Source: Candidatus Bathyarchaeota archaeon (GTDB lineage: Archaea > Thermoproteota > Bathyarchaeia > Bathyarchaeales > Bathycorpusculaceae). From it: a stretch of DNA of 64,000 nucleotides. This document shows, piece after piece, positions 21,066 through 31,646 of the stretch. Every line of letters begins with the position of its first letter. Position 1 is the first letter of the stretch. The position numbers were made by a program, and so were the translations under genes. Location of the stretch: NCBI GenBank assembly GCA_963717465.1, contig OY970340.1, positions 768,001 through 832,000 on the forward strand. The letters run 5' to 3'. Below the pieces are notes generated by a model. That model was not told the DNA's origin, searched no databases, and saw nothing but the letters and a program-made list of their open reading frames with translations.

Positions 21066-21275
21066 TTAAGTACTTTTTGACCCGTTTTTAGATCGAATCC
21101 CCAATTTAAGATTAACTTCAACATTATATTCATCCTCAATTTTTCCAACAGCGAAATTCCAATTCTTCACGTTAACATCAACATCTTTGAACTGCTCCAT
21201 CAATGCATCTCTATAATCTTGTGCAGTTTGACTCATCTTTTGCATTTTTTCAGAAATATTAACACTTTCAGGCAT
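21066..21275 (-). CDS. small hypothetical protein
   Basis: ATG at 21275 with GGAGGTG SD. Confidence 0.6.
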   Translation of the reverse strand: MPESVNISEKMQKMSQTAQDYRDALMEQFKDVDVNVKNWNFAVGKIEDEYNVEVNLKLGIRSKNGSKST

Positions 21276-21457
21276 AATTACACCTCCTAAGAAAACAAAA
21301 TACCCTATTAACCATCTCACAGCCGAATCGCTTTAAGAATATGTGACTGTGCAAGCACAACAGCATTCAGCTTAAACTAGTAAAAACCGGCAATTACAGA
21401 ATAGCAGGCAAGCTAACCTATATCCAAGAGTCCACGCAATATTTTATAGGGTTTTTT

Positions 21458-22625
21458 TTGAAAAAATATTCTGTAGGCATTTCAGGTTCATATGGCGGAT
21501 TGAATCTTGGCGATGAAGCAATCCTCCAAAGCATCATAACACAGCTACGCTCAACTTTGCCAGTGGAAATAACAGTTTTTACACGCAACACAAATGACAC
21601 TGCCCGCAGACACCAAGTTGACCATACAGTACAGGTTCGAGATTTAACCCGTCTTGAAGTCACTCCTGAAATAGAACGGCTTGACCTTCTGATTCTCGGC
21701 GGCGGTGGAATACTTTTCGATAAAGAAGCAGACGTTTTCTTGCGAGAACTAGAAATCGCCTCGCAACTTGGCGTTAAAACAATGGTTTACGCTGTCGGAG
21801 TAGGACCATTAAACACTGAGTTTTCACGTAAAAGAGTCCAAGAAGTCCTAAACAACGTAGATGTAATAACAGTTCGAGAACGTGAAGCCAAAAAAATTCT
21901 TGAAGAAATAGGTATAAAACGCGAAATCATCGTAACCGCTGACCCAGCACTGCTTTTAATTCCTGAGCCGCTTCCAGAAAACACGCTTAGACTGGAACAA
22001 ATAAGCGGCAAACGAAGATTAGTTGGAATCTCTGTTCGCGAACCAGGTCCAGCAGCACCAGACATTAACTCGACATTTTATCATGATTTACTGGCAAACG
22101 CGGCTGATTTCGTAATTAGCCGTTGGGATGCGGACGTAATTTTTGTTCCAATGGAAAGGCAAGTTTTAGATGTCCAAAATTCGCATGCTGTAATCTCTAA
22201 AATGCTAAAGCCCCAACATGCATGGGTGCTAAAAGGCGAATATTCTCCTGGACAACTCTTATCGTTAATTGAGAATTTTGTGTTCGTTATTGGGATGCGA
22301 CTTCACTTTCTAATTTTTGCCGCTTTGCAAAACGTCCCATTCGTAGCATTACCCTATGCATCGAAAGTCAGCGGTCTGCTCGAAAATCTTCAAGTTCCAA
22401 TGCCACCGCTAAACCAGGTGAATTCAGGCTTAGTTAACGCGTATATTGATCAAGCTTGGGATAGTCGAAACGCAAATCAAAGAAAAAATTAAACAATTGC
22501 TTCCAGAAGTAAAAAATCTCGCCTTAGAAAACAATAGGTTGGCAGTAGATTTACTTAAGAAAAAAAGAACCCTGAAAGAAGATAATAATTGTGTTTCTAA
22601 CCAGACTTTTACAGACCGTAATTGA
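21458..22625 (+). CDS. polysaccharide pyruvyl transferase (CsaB/WcaK family), indel near 3' end
   Basis: GSYGGLNLGDEAIL, GGGGIL, ITVRE, TADPA and GMRLH motifs. Confidence 0.9.
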
Positions 22626-22640
22626 TAGGAAGCCAATTTC

Positions 22641-24047
22641 ATGCCGGTTTTAAAACGTCCTCTTGAAACAATCGTGCTCTCGCCAAGAACAGGAAAACTT
22701 GTCTCCGATGTCGACGTGCTCGTGGTTGGTGGTGGACCAGCTGGTTTAGGCGCTGCAATCGGAGCAGCTCAAGCTGGAGCAAAAGTCGTTTTAGCAGAAC
22801 GATATGGTTTTTTGGGCGGAAATGCTACTGCTGGACTAGTTTTATCGTGGGCTTCTTACTTTACTTCGCCTAGTCGCAAGACAGAAACTTTTGGACGAAA
22901 GCGTTTTCCCGTTAAGCAGGGCACTAGCAAGCCTGTCATTGCAGGTGTCCTAGCCCAATTAGTTGATCGGTTAGTTGCTGAAGGCGGAGCCTTAGCGCCT
23001 AGTTTGGAAACTGGGTTTGTTGTTCCGATTGATCCTGAAATTTTCAAGCTTGTTTCCTTAGAGATGCTTGATTCTTTAGGCGTTGAAATGTTGTTTCATG
23101 CTTTTGCAAGCGGCGTAATTGTTGACCGTGAAGTTAAAGGGGTTGTTTTTGAAACCAAATCTGGTCCAGTAGTTATTGAAGCTAAAGTGACTATTGATTG
23201 CACTGGTGACGGTGATGTTGCAGCTTTTGCAGGTGCACCTTTTGAACTTGGTCGTGAAGAAGACGGCTTAGTGCAACCTATGACTTTGATGTTTTTGATG
23301 GATGGTTTTTCTAAAGTAGATTTCAATCGCTTTGTGGCTAAAAATCCAGGCGAATGGTCAGGCGTTCAGGGACTCAAAAATCTTGTGACGGAAGCTATAA
23401 TTAAAGGTGAATTGACGATTCCAAGAGAAGACCTCTTGTTTTTTGATGCGTTTAGGGATGGAAAAGTAAACGTGAATAGCACGCGTATACCCAATGTTTT
23501 AGGGACTGATGTTTGGGATTTAACTCTTGCTGAATTGAAAGGACGAAGGCAAGTTGCCCAATTAACCGCTTTCTTAAGGAAATACGTGCCTGGTTTTGAG
23601 AAGGCATACATTGACCAGACTGGAGCAGAAGTTGCTGTTCGAGAAACAAGACGTATTATGGGTGAATACAAGTTGTCAGCCAAGGATATTTTGGAAGCAA
23701 AGAAATTCAGTGATGTTATTGCTCATGGTACTTACCCTATTGATATTCATAATCCCGCTGGCATGAGTACACTTCTCAGGCGGGTTAAGCCCGGTGATGC
23801 TTATGATGTTCCGCTTAGATGCTTGTTGCCTTTGAAAGTTGAGAATTTACTGGTTGCTGGCCGATGTATTTCTGGAACGCATGAGGCACATGCATCTTAT
23901 CGAATAATGCCCATTTGTATGGCTACTGGGCACGCTGCTGGCGTTTGTGCAGCAATTGCTTGCAAAAAAAATCAAACCCCACGAACTGTGCCTGCAAAAC
24001 TTGTTCAAGAAGAGCTTATTCGTCAAGGTGCAAAGTTGATGCGTTAA
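22641..24047 (+). CDS. FAD-dependent oxidoreductase
   Basis: DVLVVGGGPAG, IDCTGDGD, RETRRI, YPIDIH and NLLVAGRC motifs. Confidence 0.9.
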   Translation: MPVLKRPLETIVLSPRTGKLVSDVDVLVVGGGPAGLGAAIGAAQAGAKVVLAERYGFLGGNATAGLVLSWASYFTSPSRKTETFGRKRFPVKQGTSKPVIAGVLAQLVDRLVAEGGALAPSLETGFVVPIDPEIFKLVSLEMLDSLGVEMLFHAFASGVIVDREVKGVVFETKSGPVVIEAKVTIDCTGDGDVAAFAGAPFELGREEDGLVQPMTLMFLMDGFSKVDFNRFVAKNPGEWSGVQGLKNLVTEAIIKGELTIPREDLLFFDAFRDGKVNVNSTRIPNVLGTDVWDLTLAELKGRRQVAQLTAFLRKYVPGFEKAYIDQTGAEVAVRETRRIMGEYKLSAKDILEAKKFSDVIAHGTYPIDIHNPAGMSTLLRRVKPGDAYDVPLRCLLPLKVENLLVAGRCISGTHEAHASYRIMPICMATGHAAGVCAAIACKKNQTPRTVPAKLVQEELIRQGAKLMR

Positions 24048-24086
24048 AGCTTGTTTTCTTCTTTGCAAACGTAGAAGACGATTAGG

Positions 24087-24806
24087 CTATTTGGTCGCGT
24101 TGAAGAGTACAGCTGCCCCAAAAGTTAAATGCTTAAAGCTAGCCTTTCGAAATCCCGAGTTAATCAGCAATGAAGTTACTTCTTTTGCTGACTTAAAGTT
24201 AGCGGCAGATGACCCCAAATATTCGTAACTGTCCTTTTGTCTCGATATTAACCAGCCGACAAGAGGCACTAAACGCAGAAAATAAAGATGCAATAAGATT
24301 CTGACAAACTGATTGCTAGGTTGACTTGTTTCAACACAAATGAACCGGCCGCCTTTCTGAAGGGTCCTAGCAATTTCGGAAACGTGCTTTGTTGCTCGGG
24401 GATTTTTATAGAGCAAATTTCGAAAACCAAATGCGTTCCCAACCGTGTCAACGCTGTTTTCTCTGAGCGGAAGATTAGCTGCATCGGCCACAACAAAAGA
24501 TAAACTCGGCACTTCAGCTTTTTTTGCACCGTTTTGATTTTGGCGATCTTGGCGTTTTTTACTTGCCGCTTCCGCAAGCATTTCCTTATTAAAATCTACA
24601 CCGACTAGAAAGACGTCACCTGAGGAATACTCACTTATTGCTCGACTTAAATCTCCAGTTCCGCAGCACAAATCAATTATAACGTGCCCTTTAGCGCATT
24701 CCATAGCGCATTTCTGTCTCCAAACTCGGTCAAGTCCCCCTGTTATAATTGTGTTGATCCAAATGTATTTTCGAGCAATGCTGCTAAATATAGGTCTAAG
24801 TGACAT
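24087..24806 (-). CDS. menG: UbiE/MenG quinone C-methyltransferase
   Basis: FSSIARKY..IN, DRVWR, DLCCGTGD, AFGFRN and YEYLGSS motifs. Confidence 0.8.
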   Translation of the reverse strand: MSLRPIFSSIARKYIWINTIITGGLDRVWRQKCAMECAKGHVIIDLCCGTGDLSRAISEYSSGDVFLVGVDFNKEMLAEAASKKRQDRQNQNGAKKAEVPSLSFVVADAANLPLRENSVDTVGNAFGFRNLLYKNPRATKHVSEIARTLQKGGRFICVETSQPSNQFVRILLHLYFLRLVPLVGWLISRQKDSYEYLGSSAANFKSAKEVTSLLINSGFRKASFKHLTFGAAVLFNATK

Positions 24807-25046
24807 GACATTTTTCTCTCAGGTTCAAAACCGCAAATAGACGCCAGTTCTAAGCGGCAATTGATGAAGTTCAAACTTGGAATCCAATAATTAAACTTTT
24901 TTTAAATGAGGACAAGAAAAAACGGTATGTAAATCCTCTTTACTAACTTTTAACAGCGCATTGGTGCATGATTTGTTTCAGCATTTTCCGTTTTTTAGGA
25001 ACACGGTTGTCATAGCATTTATCTGCTGATCATCCTACCTTTGATG

Positions 25047-27809
25047 TCAATGGTTCAGCATCTGTAATTCGCTGTTCCCACAGCCCTTGTATGAGGACGA
25101 TACAACCTTGGCTTGTCTTCCTTTAGGAGTTACTTCAAATATCAATTTACCAGCACAAGCTAACTCACAGAGATTGCAGCTTGAACAATAATCTTTGTTG
25201 GTATTAGCTTTAAGCGTTTCAACCTTAATTCTTCCCATACATAGCAGTGATGCTGCGCTTGAGGCTGCTGCTTTTGCTTGTGCGATTGTTGTTGTGATGT
25301 CTTTTGGTCCTTGGATTGCGCCTGCGAGGTAGATTCCTGGGGTTGGGGTTTCTACGGGTTTTAGTTTTGGGTGGCTTTCGAGTAGGAATCCGTCTGTGCC
25401 TGTTGGGATTTTGAGTTTGTTTGCTAGTTCGGGGAGGTCTTTGGGTGGAACTGTTCCAACTGCAAGAACAACCATATCAAACTCATGCTCCATCATCTCA
25501 CCCATAACCATGTCTGCGCTTCTTAGGTTGATGTTGTGCGTGTTTGGGTTTTCTGACAGTTCAGAAGGAATTCCTTTGTTGAACTTTACTCCATCTTTCT
25601 GGACTTGATTGTAAAACTCTTCGTATCCTTTGCCAAAGCATCTTAAATCAATGTAGTAAATGCATATCTCGCTTTCTGGATGCTTTTCTTTTAACTGGTG
25701 CGCCTGCTTTAGCGAAGTCATACAACAAGTGTTTGAGCAGTATGAATGTCCTGCCCGTTCATCTCTTGAGCCGATGCATTGGATGAAGGCGATTGAATGG
25801 GGTTCTTTGTTGTCTGAGGGGCGTGCAAGTTTGCCTTCGTTTGGGCCAGAAGCACTAATAAGCCTTTCTAAATCCAAGCTTGTAAGCACGTTGGGGTACT
25901 TCTTATAACCCCATTCATTTTGTGTCTGAGGATCAAACGTATCGTATCCTGTTGCAACGATTATAGCTCCAACATTTAACTCGATAACTTTGCCCTTCTG
26001 TGCAAAGGCAAATTCTTTCTCGTTTACGAAGTTGGCTTTTTTAAGGATTTTTGTGTGGAAGTTGCCTGCTTCGCCGGAGACGTTTAGTATTTCGCTGCTG
26101 GTTAGGAGTGTTATGTTTGGGTGTTTGGTGGCGTCAATCATCTTAGGACCGAGGATGCAGATTGAGCGCTCCATTGTTGGGAAGGTTTTGTCGAGTTGGG
26201 CCATGTGTCCGCCTAATGTTGGTTTTTTTTCTATTATGTAGACTTTGTAGTTTTGGTCAGCTAAGTCGAGAGCTGCTTGGATGCCAGCAATTCCACCGCC
26301 AATTACGAGCACGGATTTTAACGCATGAACTTCTTGTTCTCCTAAAGGCTGAAGTAAGGTAGCTCTATCCAAAGCCATTTTAACTGTGTCTTTAGCTTCA
26401 TGGATGGCTGTTTCAGGCATACTGCAGGGACAAATTAAGTCGCAGGGAGGAAACTCTGAGTATTCCTTTTCGTTAACATTTGCTACGGTCGTTTCAGCTT
26501 TGACTTTGTCCTTATTTAGTAGTGATGCTGCGCTTGAGGCAGCTGCCTTTGCTTGTGCGATTGTTGTTGTGATGTCTTTTGGTCCTTGGATTGCGCCTGC
26601 GAGGTAGATTCCTGTGGTTGGGGTTTCTACGGGTTTTAGTTTTGGGTGGCTTTCGAGTAGGAATCCGTCTGTGCCTGTTGGGATTTTGAGTTTGTTTGCT
26701 AGTTCAGGGAGGTCTTTGGGTGGAACTGTTCCAACTGCAAGAACAACCATGTCAAACTCTTGCTCTGCCACCTCACCTGAAAGCGTATCCTCGAAGCGTA
26801 GCAGAAGGTTGCCCGTCTTCCTGTTTTCAACGATCTCGCTGACTTTACCTCTTATAAAAGTTACAAAGTTGGATCGTGCTCTTCTGTAAAATTCTTCAAA
26901 GCCTTTTCCAAAAGCTCTAATATCAATGTAAAAGATGCAAATTTCGTACTCTGGGTGCTCTTCTTTTAGCAGTATGGCTTGCTTTATGGTTGTCATGCAA
27001 CATGTGTTTGAGCAGTATAGATTTCCCGCTTTTTCATCTCTTGAGCCGATGCATTGGATGAAGGCGATTGAATGGGGTTCTTTGTTGTCTGAGGGGCGTG
27101 CAAATTTGCCTTCGTTTGGGCCAGAAGCACTAATTAGCCTTTCTAAATCCAAGCTTGTAAGCACGTTGGGGTACTTCTTATAACCCCACACATCTTGCTT
27201 TGAAGGATTAAAAGTATCGTATCCTGTTGCAACGATGATGGCTCCAACATTCAACTCGATAACTTTATCTTTTTGTGCAAAATCGATTGCTTTGGCTTCA
27301 CATATTTTCTCGCAAACTTTGCAAGCACCATTGGTGAAGTATAAGCAGTGTTCCTTGTCTATCGTGTAGTTAGCTGGAACTCCCTGTAGGCATGGAGCGT
27401 AGATTGCTTTGCGACTGCTCAACCCCACGTCAAATTCGCTAGGAATTTCGATAGGACAATTTGCTGTACAATGCCCACAGCTAAAGCATTTTTTCTCGTC
27501 AACAAAGTTGGCTTTCTTTAGGATTTTTGTGTGGAAGTTGCCTGCTTCGCCGGAGACGTTTAGTATTTCGCTGCTGGTTAGGAGTGTTATGTTTGGGTGT
27601 TTGGTGGCGTCAATCATCTTAGGACCGAGGATGCAGATTGAGCGCTCCATTGTTGGGAAGGTTTTGTCGAGTTGGGCCATGTGTCCGCCTAATGTTGGTT
27701 TTTTTTCTATTATGTAGACTTTGTAGTTTTGGTCAGCTAAGTCGAGAGCTGCTTGGATGCCAGCAATTCCACCGCCAATTACAAGAACCGATTTTTTTCG
27801 ATTTTGCAT
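25047..27809 (-). CDS. hdrA: HdrA-like flavoprotein with two tandem FAD modules
   Basis: Two copies each of VLVIGGGIAG, GGHMAQLDKTFPT, FIQCIGSR..YCS..CC and HPKLKPVE..GIYLAG..QGPKDI; one intact ferredoxin insert. Confidence 0.88.
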   Translation of the reverse strand: MQNRKKSVLVIGGGIAGIQAALDLADQNYKVYIIEKKPTLGGHMAQLDKTFPTMERSICILGPKMIDATKHPNITLLTSSEILNVSGEAGNFHTKILKKANFVDEKKCFSCGHCTANCPIEIPSEFDVGLSSRKAIYAPCLQGVPANYTIDKEHCLYFTNGACKVCEKICEAKAIDFAQKDKVIELNVGAIIVATGYDTFNPSKQDVWGYKKYPNVLTSLDLERLISASGPNEGKFARPSDNKEPHSIAFIQCIGSRDEKAGNLYCSNTCCMTTIKQAILLKEEHPEYEICIFYIDIRAFGKGFEEFYRRARSNFVTFIRGKVSEIVENRKTGNLLLRFEDTLSGEVAEQEFDMVVLAVGTVPPKDLPELANKLKIPTGTDGFLLESHPKLKPVETPTTGIYLAGAIQGPKDITTTIAQAKAAASSAASLLNKDKVKAETTVANVNEKEYSEFPPCDLICPCSMPETAIHEAKDTVKMALDRATLLQPLGEQEVHALKSVLVIGGGIAGIQAALDLADQNYKVYIIEKKPTLGGHMAQLDKTFPTMERSICILGPKMIDATKHPNITLLTSSEILNVSGEAGNFHTKILKKANFVNEKEFAFAQKGKVIELNVGAIIVATGYDTFDPQTQNEWGYKKYPNVLTSLDLERLISASGPNEGKLARPSDNKEPHSIAFIQCIGSRDERAGHSYCSNTCCMTSLKQAHQLKEKHPESEICIYYIDLRCFGKGYEEFYNQVQKDGVKFNKGIPSELSENPNTHNINLRSADMVMGEMMEHEFDMVVLAVGTVPPKDLPELANKLKIPTGTDGFLLESHPKLKPVETPTPGIYLAGAIQGPKDITTTIAQAKAAASSAASLLCMGRIKVETLKANTNKDYCSSCNLCELACAGKLIFEVTPKGRQAKVVSSSYKGCGNSELQMLNH
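26031..27782. repeat. near-identical intragenic direct repeat in hdrA-like gene (~26031-26305 vs ~27507-27782, offset 1476)
   Basis: Visually near-identical nucleotide blocks; further repeated blocks at offset 1275 (e.g. ~25245-25470 vs ~26520-26745). Confidence 0.85.
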
Positions 27810-28092
27810 TTTCCTTTTCTCCGGGTGGGTACTATACAGTAAATACCCGTATTACTGCAAATACTAGTATTTTGAGTATATACTAATATATATACTATAA
27901 GTGAGTTCAAATTGTACTAACCTGTTATTTTTATTATTCAACGTTTTCTTTTTTTTTGGAACGCCACATTTGTTTTTCTGAAAGAATTTCGTTTCTTTTG
28001 CCCATCAAAATTGACTTTTGTCTTCCGCACAAAATTTATGTGATCTCAGTACATGGCGGATTTTACTCGTATTTCTTAAATTTGCGTTCCCT

Positions 28093-28340
28093 GTATGTGA
28101 GTGCTCAAGTATATACAAGGTATTCATTGCAGTTTGAGTCACTATATGCATGATTGAATGGGCTACTGTCATCTTGAATGCTCGCAACTCGTATGCGGAT
28201 GTTCAAGCTATATACAAGGTATTTGTCACAGTTTGAGGTGCGCTTTGGGTTCATGGTAGGATGCGTTCACTCCTTCTTAGGTGCTTGCTGCGCGTATGCT
28301 ATTCATGTATATACATAAAATTTGTGGCGTTTTTAAGGTG
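28093..28340. repeat. three degenerate ~45-bp direct repeats with TATATACA core
   Basis: Units at ~28093, ~28191 and ~28294. Confidence 0.6.
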
Positions 28341-28437
28341 TCTTGCCTGTTGGTTGAGCTTAGCATATATATTTATCGACATTTATATATAAATAATCTA
28401 AAATAATATGTCAGAGAATACTTGATAGTGAGACAGC

Positions 28438-29454
28438 ATGGAACGAAAAATTATGTCTTTGGGCAAATCGTCCCTCGTTATTTCTCTTCCACATGAATGG
28501 ATGCAGATAAGTGAACTGAAAAAAGGGGACACTGTATCCTTCATAATTCAGAGTGACCGTTCTTTAGTTGTGTACCCAAGCGCCCTAAAAAAGCCTGAAC
28601 AAAAAGAAATAACTCTGAACATTGGTCAAGAAGAAGATGAGATTCTTATCACCCAAAAAATACTCGGTAGTTTTCTTGGTGGGTACTCTGGGATCAGACT
28701 GGTTTCAGCAAAAGTTTTTACCGTTCCTCAAACAAAGGCGATTCGAAGAATTGCCGGGCGACTTTTTCTGAGAGTCATGGAATCAGACTCTAAAGGCGTC
28801 TACTTGCAAAGCCTGACTGACGAATCCAAAGCCTCTCTCGAACAGGCCATTCAAAGAATGCATCTGATTTCGCGTTCTATGTGTGAAGGCGCGATTAGTG
28901 CAGTAAAAAAACGTGATATTGCATTGGCTAAGTCCATTTATTCGCTTGATGACGATGTTGACCATTTCGCTTTTTTCATTCTAAGAATACTGCGTAATGC
29001 AGCTCAAAACCCTATTCTTGCAAACGAATTACACATAGCCCCTTTAGACTGCATGGACTATCAAACACTAGTTTACAGGTTGGAGCACGCCGCTGATTAT
29101 GCTGCTGAAATTGCACGAAGCTTAATAATGATTGATGGTAGCCACCAAAGAATCTCTGATGATCTAACCGACCTCATAGCCGCTACTGGAAACGAAACTA
29201 TTGACCTTTACATTAAAGCCGTTACTGCATTCTTTTCAAAAGATGTCCTTTTCGCCGTTGAAATAATAAAAAGCCAGCAAAGAATGGAGAAATTATACAT
29301 TGAAATAGCTTCGAAGACTTTTTCGACTGAACAGAAAAGCTCTGAGCTTGTCTGTGCTATCTGCACCCTTAGAGATAACATAAGAAGAATTGCTCACTGC
29401 GCATTGAACATAGCTGAAGTTACTATAAACCGTGCTTTCAAAATGAACCCTTAA
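28438..29454 (+). CDS. phoU: archaeal phosphate uptake regulator (AbrB + PhoU domains)
   Basis: RKIMSLGKSSLVISLPHEW; DDDVD; LEHAADYA; IRRIAHCALNIAE. Confidence 0.88.
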   Translation: MERKIMSLGKSSLVISLPHEWMQISELKKGDTVSFIIQSDRSLVVYPSALKKPEQKEITLNIGQEEDEILITQKILGSFLGGYSGIRLVSAKVFTVPQTKAIRRIAGRLFLRVMESDSKGVYLQSLTDESKASLEQAIQRMHLISRSMCEGAISAVKKRDIALAKSIYSLDDDVDHFAFFILRILRNAAQNPILANELHIAPLDCMDYQTLVYRLEHAADYAAEIARSLIMIDGSHQRISDDLTDLIAATGNETIDLYIKAVTAFFSKDVLFAVEIIKSQQRMEKLYIEIASKTFSTEQKSSELVCAICTLRDNIRRIAHCALNIAEVTINRAFKMNP

Positions 29455-29635
29455 ATGTAACCAGAAAAGCTTCTCACAATCGATAACCGCTACCTTTTCA
29501 CCAATATTTATGGCGCCTTGCATTCAGGAAACCAATCGATGAAGAATTCTGCCTTCTTATTGCTCAAAAGCTTAAATTAAGACGCATCTATCATTTGGAA
29601 ATAATCTTTAAAAACGCGTAGTTCAATTATTTCGT

Positions 29636-30520
29636 ATGGACTACATGGATAGTTCCGAAATTTCTTCATTCCGCACTGAACTGAACGGTTATCTATCCAA
29701 AATTGAAACGGCTATTTCTGAGGAGCTGCATAATTATAGGGATTCCGTGTTTTTCACGCCTTTATCGTATGCTGCACGAGGCGGCGGACGGATAAGACCA
29801 ATTATGCTGGTTCTTGCCCATGAAAGTGTAGGCGGAAAAGGATTATGTCCATTGCCAGCGGCAGTTGCGGTGGAGCTTGCTCACACGGAATCTTTGATAC
29901 ATGATGACATCATTGATAAGGATGACTTAAGAAGGGGATCGGCGGCTTTTCATGCTCTGTACGGATGGGGGTTATCCGCGTTGAGTGCAGATTTTATTTT
30001 ATCCATGATTCTTGATATTGCTGCACGTTATTCAGACGCAAGGGTTACCCGGGCGCTTGCGTTCTGTGCTCGGATGATGTGTGAGGGAGAACTTGAGGAG
30101 CTTGAGGTTCAAGCCAATGAATCTTTAAGCTTGGATAAATTTATCGACATTGTGGAGAAGAAGACTGCTTCTCTTTTTGAGGTTTCAGCAAAGCTTGGAG
30201 CGCTAATTGGCGGTGCTAGCGAAGCAGAGGTTGAAGCTTTATCTGAGTACGGTAAGTTAGTGGGAACCGCTTATCAGATTCAGGATGACATTATAGATTG
30301 GGAGACAAGTACACTGGTGAAGATGGTCCAGCTTCCAAATTCAAGTTTAGAGAAGGCAAGTATTGTTGAGCACCTTGAAAGAATATCTAAGACATGCGTT
30401 CTTGAAGCAAAACAAAGACTTGATAAGCTTGAAGCAAGCAAGGGTAAAGATCTTCTTTACAAGTTGGCTGATTATGTAGCTTTGTCTCATTCGCTTTCGC
30501 CGAATGCAAACGTTAAATAG
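29636..30520 (+). CDS. polyprenyl diphosphate synthase
   Basis: GGRIRP, LIHDDIIDKDDLRRG, KKTASLF and YQIQDDIID motifs. Confidence 0.9.
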   Translation: MDYMDSSEISSFRTELNGYLSKIETAISEELHNYRDSVFFTPLSYAARGGGRIRPIMLVLAHESVGGKGLCPLPAAVAVELAHTESLIHDDIIDKDDLRRGSAAFHALYGWGLSALSADFILSMILDIAARYSDARVTRALAFCARMMCEGELEELEVQANESLSLDKFIDIVEKKTASLFEVSAKLGALIGGASEAEVEALSEYGKLVGTAYQIQDDIIDWETSTLVKMVQLPNSSLEKASIVEHLERISKTCVLEAKQRLDKLEASKGKDLLYKLADYVALSHSLSPNANVK

Positions 30521-30570
30521 TTATTACACCTAAAAGGGCAAATGTAAAAAAAGTAGCTATAAGGATTGCA

Positions 30571-31474
30571 TTAAAGCATTAGTATGCTACGACTATCCCA
30601 ACGGTCATAAGCGTGGGTGTTAGCAGAACTGTTAGAACGTTGGATTTTAAGGCTGGCACCAATTTTCTCTATATTTTCAGGGTATTTTAGAGTTAGGTTG
30701 ATGGCTTGTGCTGCTAATGGTATGGTTAGCAGAGCGATTAATGTTGTTATAGGAAGAATATGGAGCGCTACTGGAATAATTATGCTAACATAAGTTAAGA
30801 TAGAAAGTGTTGCGTAGATTTTAGCTGCTGTTTTTCGTCCAAAAACTATGGGAATGGTTCGTGCGTTTGCCTGAACGATCAGCTTCAACGTCAGGAAACT
30901 CGTTTAAGAAGAGCAAGTTGCAAACAAGGATTCCTGGTGCAATGCAGGCTGCAATCGCTGGTATTGTGTATGTTCCGGCTGTTTGGGTTAGGTATGTGCC
31001 TAAAACTACTAGGGAGCCAAGGTTTAGTCCAGCTGCGAATTCTCCGATCGTCCATTTAGCGAAATGTGTTGTGTAAAAATAGATTGAGACGGCTGCGATG
31101 ATGACTAAGGGAATCAGTGCAAGTGGATAAACGAGTACAAAGTAGACTCCGATTATGAGAGCAAGGATTAAAGTAGCAACTCCGAACTTGTAAACGCTTT
31201 TTGGATTTAGGGCTTTGGCTGGAAGGATACCGCTTCCGCCGCTGAAAGGAGTTTTAGGGGTGCGCAGATCTATGCCTGACTTAAAGTCAAAGTAATCGTT
31301 TATGACATTAACGCTAATGTGGCCTAAGACTACGCCTACAAGAGCTAAAGCGAGGTATAGTATGTTGAACGTATAACCGTTATAAGCGGCTAAGGCAGCA
31401 CCTACAGAGACAACAATTGGATCTAGGATTAAGAATTGTGGCCTTGTCTCCTTAAACCAAGTTTTCAAGTTCAT
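30571..31474 (-). CDS. menA: UbiA-family prenyltransferase, MenA-like (indels)
   Basis: ETRPQF, NDYFDFKSGID, FSGGSG and NEFPDVEAD motifs. Confidence 0.8.
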
Positions 31475-31646
31475 ATGAAACCCACGATTTAATTAAGTAT
31501 CTTTAAATAATTCGGTTCTGAATAAAAATGTTACGTACTCATGTATTTGATTACAGCAATCGGGTGAGCGGATGGATAAGAAAGTTTGGACATGTAAAAA
31601 AGTCGTCTTCTGTCTAAAGATGGTGTCTCGGCTTCGAGCCAATCTG

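Noticed and set aside
28093..28340. CRISPR array
   Set aside because: Only three poorly conserved units with ~55-bp spacers and no cas genes.
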